Assembly (NCBI GenBank): GCA_964035545.1
Contig: OZ037773.1
Coordinates: 897,751 to 961,750 of the forward strand
Length of the DNA: 64,000 bases
From: Bugula neritina
Lineage: Eukaryota; Animalia; Bryozoa
Direction: 5' to 3'
A program made the position numbers and the translations under genes. The notes beneath the pieces were generated by a model. It did not search any database, had not been told where the DNA came from, and saw only the letters and a program-made list of their open reading frames with translations. Shown here in pieces: positions 51,730-64,000 of this stretch (positions are counted from its first letter, which is position 1; each line of letters starts with the position of its first letter).

Positions 51730-54700
51730 TGTTACGCTACCTCTCGGAACAATGAATGGGATCAACCAATTAGAAAGAAACTAATGATCATACTATCATA
51801 CGATCAATAGCAACTTGAATCAGTAGCTGCAGCTAATGCTTTGGGATGGAGGTAATGGTGTAAGATCCCTAGCAGCGTGCATGAGCAGTTGGATAGTAGC
51901 GCTTGGTCAGTTAGGTTGCATGCTTAGTATCTGTCATGTTATGTACTTCTTCACAGTTATGTACTGTATTTCACTCATGTATAATTCGTATTGAAAAGAC
52001 GCTATCAATACTTTACGTCGGCAGTTATCAACTTTAATCTTAAATACCCGCAAAATTAGTAAATAGCAAAAATTTAGAACAATGGTGGCACGATAGAAAC
52101 TTTTGAAGGCTAATGCACCTGGTCAAAGAGTAAGAGTATAACCAGTGACGATAAAGGAGACATCATCTGTCTAGAGCAGATCAAACTGGCAGCTGTAGAG
52201 GATGTCATAGGTGGCCAGCGCCGTCTATGACCAGGTATTATTTGCAGGCTCCTACCGTCTGCGGAGAAGATGTGGAGCAGTTTATTGCGGAGTTTAGCAA
52301 TGTGGCAGCCAGCTGCGGTCAAGCCTGACGGGATCGGCCAGAATGGCGACAACATCTTTGAGAGCCTGATTTGGTCTCACCACTTGAGATGAGCGTGTAC
52401 AAATCCAAGGGCTTAGGAGAGATCTCAAGACTCCCTTGCATGAGCACGCAACCAAAGTGGAACAGCTGGCGCAGAAGCTTGCCGGCAGAAGGTCGGAAGA
52501 GTTCAGCATTAGAGGCGTTCTCCAGTCGGTCAACATCGGCTTGAAAAGGCACTTGCTGGTAGCCAAAGTTGATACGATGAAATAAGCGTTTCGGCTTGGG
52601 AATGCCTATTTCCAAGCCCCCAGCGCATGCCGCACTAGTGTGAATGCGCGGCAGGTAAACATCACCGATGGGTTATCGCCAACGTTAGCTGCTGCGGCAG
52701 CCCATGTAGCCACGACAGCAGCTAGAAAAACCGGCTTAACCGCGAGAGTGGTCGGAGAGTTGTTGGCCAAAATTTGTCGCCGGCTTCAACAACAGTCAGT
52801 TGAGCAGCCTGCTATGCCACCGACAGCTGCCGCCGGCAGACGCACCCCTGTTTGTTGGAGTTGTGGTAGTAGAAGACATCTTTTGACGAGCTGTTTCGAC
52901 GGTTGAAGAAAGCAGTTGAACCTGGATGGCCCACCCTAGATTCCGGCAACCGTGGGCGTCAAGTTAACTCTTTGGGACCAAGGCCCAGGCCCAAACCCTA
53001 CAAGGTGAGGAAGCGGCCTTCAGGGGAATGGCAAGCCCCAAGGAGTCAGCAGACTGCAAGGTTTGCTGAAACCTCCAGCTTTGTCACTCAAAAATTGCTT
53101 TGAGGGATTGCAGGAGGAAGAAGTATACGAGGAGTGGGAGCAGGAACAAGATTTCACTCGGCCTGCCACAAGACCTCGGAAACCCCCTCGCAATCGTAAA
53201 GTGCAGGTGCATTCCAAACTTCATGCACATGAAGTGTAGCCTCCAGAGATGAGATGCTCAGTGAGCGCTCAGCCATGTGGTTGCAGTTATTTCCTGCCCG
53301 GCAAACGTGCCGGCAAAGCTGCAACATTCCTGTTGGACACTGGGTGTACTACTAATCTCCTGAGCTGTTTTTGCACACTCAATGCAAAAGACAGAGCTAA
53401 CCTGGAGCCATATGAAAGGAACACGACATGTTGGTGGACAGGTTGTGTATTCTATTCTCTGGCAAGAGTGAGCTGACAGGTCAAGTCTGTGATCAGGTGA
53501 TCAGCGAGACCTTCATCGTCAGTCAGCTGACGGAAGATGCCATCTTGCGAATGCTTTTCCTGACAAAACACAAGTGCTACATTAACCTTAACAAGTTAGT
53601 GGTGATGTTGGCCAGGCGTGAGCTTGCAGGCAGGCGTTCAGCAGACCCTTGGTGGGGTGAGTGCAGCTAGTGCGGCGTTGCACCATTCCTGGGGGCTTCA
53701 AGGCTACAGTTTGCTGCAGAGTGAACTGTAGGAAAACCTCTGACTTAGGAGTGGTGAAAGGGGCACTTGGAGGTGTCCAGCTCGGGAGCAGCCTAAATCA
53801 GCTGAACAAGTGTGAGGAGTTTTTGGTACAGTATGTGAATCTTTTTGCACAGCCGGTGGAGTTGCCGGCTAGTTCGTTAGTGAGGAAGCTTCACTTCGTG
53901 CAAGAGGAAGATGTGAGGCCCCACACGGAGACGGCGGAGGTGACCTGTGGGGTACCCACTATGAACCGCAGGGGGCAGGTGCCTGAACACTTGGTAGCTT
54001 TGTACGAAAATGCTGGCGATGACCGTGGGAGTAACAGGGAATGCCATGTAGTGGCACATTTACTCTCTGAGTACAAAGATGTGTTCAGTCATGGCGACCA
54101 TGACATGGGCCTGACTAAAGCTATCAGTCATGAGATACGCTTGGCGGTGAAGACGGGGCTTATTCAATGGCCAACCAGCCGGTTAGGTTCTGAGAAGAAA
54201 AAGGAAGTTAGTGGTCAGGTGCAAGATCTTCTCAGCCGGGAGGTGATTGAGCCACCCCATAGTGCTTGGAGCTCTCCAGTTGTCCTGGTTTAGAAAAAGG
54301 ATGGCAGCTGGAGGCTTTACGTAGATTATTGCAAACTAAACAGTGTAACTATTTATGATGCTTACTCTCTTCCGAGCATTGATGAGTTGTTGGATGCCTT
54401 AGCTAGTAGCAAATTTTTCAATACGGTAGATTTGCTGAGCGGATACTGGCAAGTGCCCCTGAGCCCTGATGCACAGGACAAGGCTGCATTTAAAATGCAG
54501 AATGGGCTATGGAAGTGGGAGGTGCTGCCGTTTGAACTTACATCCGCTCCAGTCACCTTTCAGCGACTTATGGAGCAAGTTCGCAGTGAGCTACACTGAA
54601 AGACATTGTTCATCTACGTTGATGATATCATTGTCCTTTCTCCCGCTTCTGACACTCATTTCAGTCGGCTTAGAGAAGTGCGCGACAGACTCTGAGTTGC

Positions 54701-57045
54701 CAGTCTAAAGATCAAGCCCTCTAAGTGTGCATTGTTGCAGCAAGAAGTTAAGTACCTAGACCATGTAGTTGGCCAGGACAAAGTCACGACAGACCCTGAG
54801 AAGGTCTGAGCTGTGAGAAACTAGGTTGTCCCATTGGACCTCACTGAATTTCAAGCATTCTTGGAGTTGATAGGGTACCACAGGCAGTATATACTCGACT
54901 TTACAGAAATTGCTCAGCCGTTGAATCGGCTGACAGTGGACGTATGCAGAGCAGCGAGCATTAGAGCATCTCAAGAATTGCTGGATGGCGACACCTATCT
55001 TGGCGTACCCTGATTCAGCAAAAGAGTACATTTTGGACACTGATGTGGGAGCTGTGCTATTTCAGGCCCAGAATGGTCCAAGGTGGTGGTGGCTTACTAG
55101 AAAAAAACTATGTCGGCCCATGAAAAGAGCTACTGCACCACCAGGAAAGAGGTTCTGGCAGTAGTTAAGGCGGTTAAGCATTTTAGACCGTATCTGTATG
55201 AGCGGATGTTCAGGCTTCGAACGGATCATGCATTCTTGATATGGTTGTGCAGACGAGCTGAACTTTATAGTCAAGTTGCGCATTTGCTTGAGATCCTGGC
55301 TGAGTTTTCTTACCGAATCCAGCACGGATCCGGAAAAAAACACGGTAATGTTGATGGATTGAACCGGCGGCGTAGAGAGAACTGTAAGCAATGCTTAAAC
55401 ATTGAGCCCAGGGATGGTGGAGCTTCTCGCTCGAACACGAAAGAGCAAATAGGGACAGCAGGTGTATACAGCTGAGAAAAAGGCCAACTCCGGTCAGAGG
55501 CCTCCTCCTACTCTTTTGTGTGAGCAGCAATGGCGATTGAGGAGTGCTCCTCCCTTGCATAAGGAATGGGACTGGGTCTGGATAATCAGTCACTACCAGC
55601 GGTGCGGACAGGCAGCTAAGTTACGGCCAAAGTTCGTGGGTCGTAATTGTGTGACTGAGGTCATGCTCAAGTACACGTATAAAGCAGATCGATTGGGTCA
55701 AGTGTCGATCCAATACGAGGCTCGCCTGTAGCCATTTTGAGTAAGCCCTGATGCATCAGGGCAGAATCCTACACTCCTGAAGCCTACGTGCCGTCTGACA
55801 GTGAGGGGATGGGCTAGGCCACACAGGATATTAAAGGTTTTAGTGCAGAATCCGGAAGAGGCGGCCAAAGAGCCGGCAGTAATTGAACGTTGTATTCCCC
55901 AGTGGTGTATGCACTAAATTAGTTGGGGTGCTCAGGAGGGGCGGAGCCAACTCACAGGCTGAAGGAGCTGTTATGTAATCACTATTGCTGTGTAGGGTTA
56001 CCCTTTTCAATTGTAACTATTGAAGTGACAGCACGTCTTCGTGACCATTGGCAGCTACGAGCCTTAAACAGACAGTATGACTGACACTGTGACCCATTTG
56101 GAGAGCAAGTTCATTAGGGAAGTTCTGTTATTTAATTAAAATTTAGCCTAGTAGCCAAATTCAGTCTTACTTTATCATAATGATCAAGTTGGTCTCCTGG
56201 CTAGATGCCCTTCTCCGCAAGGGGAGGATATATCTGATGCTGGTTTGGAGATGCTGTCCGACCTGCATTTTGGTAACCAGTCGACTGAACCACCACACAG
56301 ATGCTAATGCGATGCAAGTGACCACCAGTGATGCCTTGCCTTTGCCAGAGGCTCTACTCAAAAAGGCAAACTGGACTACCAGGCGGACGAAGATGTTGGT
56401 CCAGGTGATCATTGGAACGTAGACTAATAAGAAATGGGAAATGCACTTTTATTCCACCATGAAGCGGGTGAGCCTGCACGTGCCACAGCATTTCACAGTG
56501 AGCTTTTGCCCCAGTAGCGTCCACAATTTTTATAGACGCTATCTTCTGTCATCAAAGGAATCAGCAGTGCCATATCGGCCACTTAGTCGAGGTAGATCAA
56601 GACTTCTATGCGCAATTCTGAAACTTGATTCTCCCCATGTATCCTCCCCATTGAGACGTGAGTCATTGCTGCAGGGGTTTCCCAGTACCTGGCCGGTGAT
56701 ACCAAGCGACTCAGATGCCACTGGTTCCAACTATGACCCTGTAGTCTATGTGTTTGATGAAGTACAGACGTGTTCTCTTTGCGTGATGGTAACCCGTGCT
56801 GGTCGGTCAGCAGAAGAGTCTACTCAGCCACTTCCCTCTCAGTCCTCCCGTACCCTTGCATTGCTCCGGAAGAGAAGGGAGAAATCAAAAACTACGACAG
56901 TCCCTAATGACACAATAGATGCTGAGATATGTACTAACTTAGAAAAACTACAACGATGCTGCACACAACTGTGTAAGGAGCAGTGAAGGACAGCATCGAA
57001 ACTAGCTAGGTTGCAGAAGCTCTGCAACAGATGGACTGCTAACTG
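51730..57045 (+). mobile_element. Element C' (counterpart of C, retaining more PR/RT/RH sequence)
   Basis: LTR ~51730-52081, [46 protein letters not shown]. Confidence 0.85.
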
Positions 57046-57343
57046 AACAAAACGTACCTTAGCCTATACAAAAAGTGATGAATAACTATTTCTTGCTACT
57101 ATTCCCAGCAAAGACTGCTAGTGATGCTAAGAAAGGTATCCAGTCACAATTGCCATTTAGCAACACGACGCAAGAAAACGAGTCCAATTAGCCTGTTTAA
57201 ACGCCCTTCACTTTACACAGTGGCAGTTTGTATTTGCTGCAACTACATTTAATACAATATATGACTCCGTTTCTTAGTACCGATTACGTTTTATAATAAT
57301 CTATTATAATTCTAGCAATGGATAACAAAAGCATACCTTTTGA

Positions 57344-57930
57344 TTATCCAATCACTCCTGAGACTACTACTGCAACTATCACAGCAATGAAAGTAGAAAG
57401 TATGCCACCTATCAGACCTCCCTTGTTCACAGCAGTTGTAGTGGGGGTTGTAGGGGGTATGGTGGCAGTATCCGTCCACATTATTTCCCATTTGATAGTC
57501 ACTGTCTTTGCTGAAACCGATTTAAAGACATTTTGAAGAAAAAATAAGTTTAAACTTAAAAAACATCTACCACTAACATTAGCAAATTAGAAAAAACATT
57601 TACAATTGTCATTCATTTATATAAGTGCTAATTCTTACATAAGCCATTTTCAGCGGTACATTCAGCTGTTTCTGTTACACCGTTTGTCCGAGGAACTAGA
57701 GTCAGCTCATTGGATGATTCAGTTGTCACAACTCTATTATATGTCCAAGTGAACGTAGAGGGCGGTGGGTTGGCATCCACATGTTGGCTACAATCTAGTC
57801 TAGCATCAGAATGTCCAGGATTGAGTTCTTTCACAATTGGATCTGGATCATCAGCCTTTCTATCCAAGTCTACAGAAATGAAATTCATAGCACAGGGCTG
57901 TCTAACAGGAGGCCCCAGGACCGGATGTGG
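57344..57930 (-). pseudogene. Second copy of the Ig-gene 3' exons (Ig3 exon 57930-57639; TM exon 57510-57344)
   Basis: About 4 substitutions relative to 7175-7761; interrupted by B' at the same site. Confidence 0.88.
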
Positions 57931-60900
57931 TGTTGTATTTTTCAGAATTAGGGTTGATGTGTAACCAAGAGAGTCTATTTGTTGCTAGAGACTTCACCAG
58001 GATTAGTCGGGTTGATATCGTTGTATTTTAACACAAGAATACATAATAAAAAGGATATAAAAACTGGTAACAAATCACACGTCTATTTAATTTACTGCAC
58101 TATCCTCAACTGACTAGTAGCGCGAAGCTAACTACTGCTACTCACTAGCAGCTTCGCTAATTGGCTGAGTACATTGTTCCGGGTCAATACGCGACCCTGC
58201 GTATTGTGCTGTTGGTAGCTCCACGAGCCACCACACCGCCCCCACCAGCAGAAAGCCCTCTTTCTGATATAAAAATAATTTACAAGTAACTACGTACATC
58301 AGTGGACTAAACGGGAGCAAACATATAAAATGTATATACAAGATCCAAATTAGTTAGATACATATATATAGATATAAAAAGAATACACAATAAACTAACA
58401 TTAAGTAATTAGTAAGTCTTATTTACATATAGAGTACGTGCCACAGTCACGGCAGGGAAGGCCACAGTGAGGTAGTAGAGGAGTGAGGTGGAAGGCTGGG
58501 GAAGGAGCTCATATTAATCCTGGGCTGCTCGTTTCATACGTTTGATAGACTCTTGTAGCGACCGGAGCTAACTGGATGCGGCATAAATGCAGGGGGCCAG
58601 TCTGTAAACCTCTTGTTCCAGCTCATTTGTCCTGGTCTCTACTTCTCGTAGGTTTTGGGCCAGAGGGGATGAGCGGGAGAAAGTCTGCTGCTGCTGGTGT
58701 CTTTTTTCGTTCTGCGGACGGAAGTGGGAGAGGAAGTGTGTACGTCTTCGTGTCTACCCTCTGTAGTACGACACGGGGGAGTGTATGTGGTCGACGTATG
58801 GGACTGAGAGGTGGGGAATTAGATGACTTCGTAGGTTTATCTACGGGTTCCGAGATGATGGGTTTAGGGGAGGGAAAGCCTTGCTCCAGGCGAGATAGCC
58901 GAGCTGGGTCGGTGATGAGAGGTCTGATAGCTTTGAGGAATGCTGAGTAAGATGATTTATCCACATCGTATACGTGTCCCTGAAAGCAATGCATGGTGCG
59001 TTGATGACGCAGTAGATAGTCTCGGTTATAACTATATTCCCCGCAGGGGCAGAACGTTGTGATAAAATGCTGCGGCAAGTGGACTCCTAATCTACGACGA
59101 GTTGTAAACCGCTGTTGACATAGCTGGCATTCGCGGTTATTGTCATCCCCTCTATATCTCTTAATTTCTGTCTTTGTGGCAGGGGTAGTCCAGTTGAAGG
59201 TTGCTTCTAGCTGGTGTGGCAGCTGTCTGGTTGTGGAAGTTGCTGAGACCGGCTCTGGGTCCCACGCCATCTCTAGAGAAGGCATGCCCGGAGAGACGGG
59301 CGCGAGTGTGTCTACAAAAGTAGAATTATTGTCAGATCGCGGCGGACCTTTACAACATAATTCCAGTGACTGTCGACTGTTACTAGTCTGAGAGTCACAA
59401 CTTTTAGAATGCACTCGAGAGACCAGTGAATCATGTGTGGACTGACCAAGAACAGTGTCTAGCTCCAGGTTTAACAGACCGTCGGCCATTATAGCGTCCT
59501 CGTCGTCATTCACGTGAAACGTGGTCCCCAGTAATTCTAATTCAAGCTGATGAATTAGCTCAGAATTTACTGGCATGGAGCCTGTTTCCATGGATAGGAA
59601 TACAAGATTTATACTGGCTTACCTGTGAACTCGGTATTAGTGTCCATACTCAATGTTCTTGGTAAGGTTGGAGCTAATTGTAAAGTACATCTGCCCTTGG
59701 CGATGTCAGCGTAAGAAAAGGCTGGGCATCGTTTCTGAGGCACGAGGTCGGAATTATTTGCTTTATGCGCATTAATTCCTCCCACTACTCCGCCCTCGCA
59801 AAAGTTGATATTTGCGTGGGGTTCACAACTCCAACATTTCTCCGTACGGTTTTCCCTTAGACTTCCATGTGTGCCGCTTCTAATGCAGTCACATACGAAG
59901 TCTTTTAAATATGGTGGGGGTCTCCTCGTACGCTGTCCCCGTTCTAGGGGGGTGACACGCTCGCCGGTTCATTAGCAGGGGCCTCTAATGGCAATTCTAC
60001 TTCACCGTTAGCGGTCACTTCTTCCTGTTCTCCGGATGGAGCCCCTCCCTCCGTGGGGGTTTGCACTTCCGGAACCGGCTCGGTTTCTGGAAGTGATGGA
60101 ATCAGACTTGGCGGCGGCGGACGCGCCTCTGTTGGCAAAAGCTGTCGCTTTTCTCTCACCAAGTCTTCTTCCCGCGGTATGACCACTTCATATTCACGTC
60201 CATGCCGCCGTCACCCACGCGTTGTTGTCTGGCTTCTAGGCTCTAACAACGGGGGGGGGCTTCTCCCACTGCGTCGGGGCTAGCCCAATACGGTTTCAAG
60301 CGAGACTCATTCTGAATAGACACCTGTCCTGAGCGTTCAATCTTGTACGTATGATTGGGCATAGCCTCGACGATCACGTAGGGTCCCACGAACTTAGGCT
60401 GTAACTTAGCTGCCTGTCCGCGACGTCTACGGTAATTGACCATCCACACCTAATCCCCCGTCTGATAGAGGGGTGGTTCCTCGGAATCTTCGTGTCGCAC
60501 CTTCCACTGCTGTTCGCGCAGTATTTCGTGTGCGGCCTTCATCCGTTCCACTAGTTCACTGGCATACTCATGAACCGAGTTGTCTTGCTCTGGAACGTGG
60601 TAGGTGAGATGGTCGGGGACACGAGTCTCTTTCCCGAGCATCAAGAGGTTTGGGGTTTCACCAGTACTGGTGTGTGGGGTGCTACGGTATGCACGCATGA
60701 CCTGCGGCAACACCGTGTATCATTCCTCTTTTCCGCGTCCAAGGAGGAGGTTCCGGAGCGCATCACCTAGCATCCGGTTGTTGCGCTCTACCACCCCGTT
60801 ACCTTGAGGGTGGTAGGGTGTGGTCCGGCTCTGATTTACTCCCAAGAGGCAGCAAAGGTTGCTCATCAGTTGAGACTGGAATTGAGCGCCTTGATCAGAG

Positions 60901-63900
60901 TGTATCTGTTCGGGGAGACCGAAATAACAGAATACATGTTGGTCTAGCACCCGGGCCACGGTTGGAGCCGACGCATCTGGGATGGTCAGAGCGTCCGCCC
61001 ACCTCATGAAGTGGTCGGTCAATACTAAGATCCAACTATTGCCTCTGGGGGTTGGAGGCATAGATCCGACCAGGTCTACAGCGACTACTTGCCAAGGCCT
61101 TCCAGCATATAGCCTCCGCCGTCCCGCTTCGCCAGGAAGACGGCCATGCTTACTGGCCTGGCAGATTTCGCACTGTTTGACTCTGAGTTGGACGTCCCGC
61201 TCCATCTGGGGCCAATACCACCGGAGTTGTAGTTTGGAGATCACTCTCTTGACTCCTGCGTGAGCCTGTTTGTAAGCGTCCCAAATCAGCTCACGGCGGA
61301 TGGCAGTGGGGCAGACCACCCTCTTCCTCTCTGGGTGTCTGCCGCTGGCAGCTAAAGAAATGGTCAGTAGATCATCCTGCCCGATCCGCAGCGAGTCCCA
61401 ACGCTGGCAGTATAGCTGGAACTCGGCGCATCCCTGCCGTATGCGTTCCTCGCTGAGTCGTCGCCCTTCCTATTTGGCCCGATATATATCCGCTACTACC
61501 CCAGGCAGCTCTCCTTGGAGCTTCTTCAGCTCCCGGACATCATCAGCCAGTACAGGATTGGCGCGGAAGTTTTGTACAACCTCCGGGGACTCGTCAACTT
61601 TCTGCCTGAGTTGACCCTGATCCCAATCAAATTGTGCTCGGTGGTGAGCCAGTGTCTCTAATTCACATCGCGGGGAACCTCCATCCCTCCTCTCGATATT
61701 GAGACACTGTTTGCAACTATCAGGTCGGCGGCTCAGCCCATCCGCATTGCTGTGTCTCTTGCCCGGTCGATGTTCGATCCGGTACGAGAACTCAGCTAGG
61801 ATTTCGAGCCACCGGGCGACCTGACTGGAGGGCTCTGCTCTCTTGCACAACCAGATCAGTGAGGCATGATCCGTACGCAGCCGAAAATTCCTGCCATATA
61901 AGTATGGTCTGAAGTGCTTCACTGACTTGATTACTGCCAGCAGCTCCTTGCGGGTAGTGCAGTAATTTCGTTCAGTGGGTGAGAGAGACTTGCTGTAGTA
62001 AGCTACTACTACTTCTCGGCCTTCCTGCACTTGAGACAGCACAGCGCCAACATTCTGGTCACTGGCGTCAGTGTTGAGGATGTACTCCAGAGCGGGGTCT
62101 GGGTAGGCCAAGATGGGTGCCGTCAGTAGGCAACCCTTGAGGCGATCGAACGCTTCTTGTTCGACCGGGGTCCTCTGCCCCGTCACCCCCCTTTGCGGTG
62201 AGCCGGTTTAACGGCTGGGCTATGCCCGCAAAGTCTGGTATGTATTGTCTGTAATACCCTACCAGCCCCAAGAAAGCCCGGAGTCCGGTCAAGTCTTGGG
62301 GGGTGACCCAGTCTTCTATCGCCCGTACCTTTTCGGGATCCGTTGCCACACCGTTTCGACCGACAACGTGCCCCAGGTACTTGACCTCCGGCTGCAATAG
62401 AGCGCACTTGGAAGGTTTGAGCTCAAGACCGGCACCTCGGAGTCTCTCGAAGACCTCCCGCAGATGACTGACATGTGTCTCGAAATCTCGGAAGATCACG
62501 ATGACATCATCGAGGTAGATCAGCAGTGTCTTCTAATGGAGCCCGCTGAGGACTTGCTCCATCAGCCTCTGGAAGGTGGCTGGGGCAGAGGTTAACCCGA
62601 AAGGCAACACCTTCCACTTCCACAAACCGTTCCTTGTGATAAACGCCGCTTTCTCCTGGGCGTCGGGACTCAGAGGAACTTGCCAGTAGCCACTCAGCAA
62701 GTCTAACCTACTGAAGTACTTGCTGCCGGCTAGGGCATCCAATGACTCGTCAATACGAGGTAAAGGGTAAGCGTCCTGTATGGTTACGCTATTGAGTTTG
62801 CGGTAATCCACACAGAACCGCCAACTGCCGTTTTTCTTCTGTACCAGTACGACCGGCGAGCTCTACGCACTATGGGCGGGCTCTATGAGGCCGCGGTCCA
62901 GAAGATCCCGTACTTGTCGGCTAACCTCCTTTTCTTTTTCTGGCCCCAGCCTGCGTGTGGGTTGGCGGACAGGGACTGTCCCTGCAGTCAGCGGTATTTC
63001 GTGTCTGACAACTCCAGTCAGCCCCACGTCATGATCTCCGCTGCTGAACACATCACCGTAGTCGCGTAGCAACTTCGCCATAGCTTAATGTTCCTGGTTG
63101 CTCGCGCAGCCACCACAGGCTGTCTCATATAACTCCCGGATGTGAGTTGGGACCACTCCTCTCTTTTGAGTAGGGTGTCTAGGGGGTGTCTCCGTCGCAT
63201 CACCCAGCGACGGGCCCACGTCCTCTTCCTGGACGGAGTGAATTTGGCCCAGCATTGACCCAGCTGGAAGCTTGATGGGCTCGGTAAAGGGGTGTTGACA
63301 CACTGCACTAAGATCTCCCCTTGCTCAGTTAGTCGGTTTAAACTACTGGCGAGTTGGATCCTTTCGTGCGCGCCTTCAACGAACCCGAGTCTTGCTATCC
63401 GGTTGCTGTTCACTCGGCAGTGGATAGTGGCTCTGGAGCGTCCAGGTACAGTGCAGTTTCGAACTACCTGAACACCGCCCACTAAAGGACGCCCAAACTT
63501 ATTCACACAGGCGAGTTCTCGCCCGCCCATCAGCACTGCCGACTTGCCAAAGTCTATGCGGCATTGGTGCTGCTTCAAGAAAGGCATTCCGAGGATAGCA
63601 TCTTCCTTCAGCTGGCTTATGACAAAGGTCTCTTGTACAGCCTGGTCTCGGACACGCCCAGAGAGCTCGCTAATACCGTAGAAGGGAATACACGACCCGT
63701 CTGCTAGGGTGCCATGTTCTCCCGTAGGCCTATACGGTCGTACTCTATCCCTGTCTTGGCGGGGCAGTGCCTCAAAGACTCTACGACTGAGAAGGTTGGT
63801 AGTACAACCGCAGTCTAGCAGGAAGGTGACGACGTTACCCGCCACCTTTCCGGGTAGGAAGTAGCTCTCTCCGTGTGGTTGTACTTTCCCCCCCCCGCAT

Positions 63901-64000
63901 GTGTTGTCCTAAGTGGGTAGGACGGCGGGGGTTTTACCCGTGGTTTACGGGGTTTCCGGCGACGTGGTCGGTGCCGGCGGGGTTCGGAGCTCTCCACTGG
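57931..64000 (-). mobile_element. Element B' (duplicate of B; runs off the window end). 3' LTR 57931-58235; ORF3 59647-58514 (intron 59622-59312)
   Basis: Same junction and several of the same nonsense codons as B; finger 1 is intact here (ECQLCQQRF). Confidence 0.95.

Larger units (their letters stand above)
51527..64000 (+). repeat. Segmental/tandem duplicate of 2642-13800 (period about 49-50 kb)
   Basis: Collinear match across the flank, element C, the last two Ig-gene exons, and B inserted at the identical nucleotide. Confidence 0.95.

Overview
Eukaryotic (animal-type, AT-rich, intron-containing) DNA dominated by Ty3/Gypsy LTR retrotransposons primed by tRNA-Leu. Eight copies, labelled A, B, B', C, C', D, E and F, plus a 5'-LTR fragment, are present and all are damaged. 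There is also a near-full-length RTE LINE, a pogo-like DNA transposon remnant, two MITEs, and Penelope-like fragments, one forming a 1.4-kb palindrome with minimal hammerhead ribozymes. One host gene can be reconstructed on the minus strand: six coding exons giving a 396-aa signal peptide / 3 Ig-like / TM protein, knocked out by Gypsy B inserting into exon 5. Positions 2642-13800 are duplicated at 51527-64000. The most notable feature is that every Gypsy lineage here carries, in the env position, a non-env accessory gene (ORF3). It encodes two zinc fingers, a PxVxL (HP1-box-like) motif, a basic patch and a coiled coil. It has a conserved splice acceptor and phase-matched donors at the pol end and in the gag leader, so it appears to be a spliced, probably nuclear or chromatin-acting protein encoded by the retroelement. 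All alignments and counts were done by eye.
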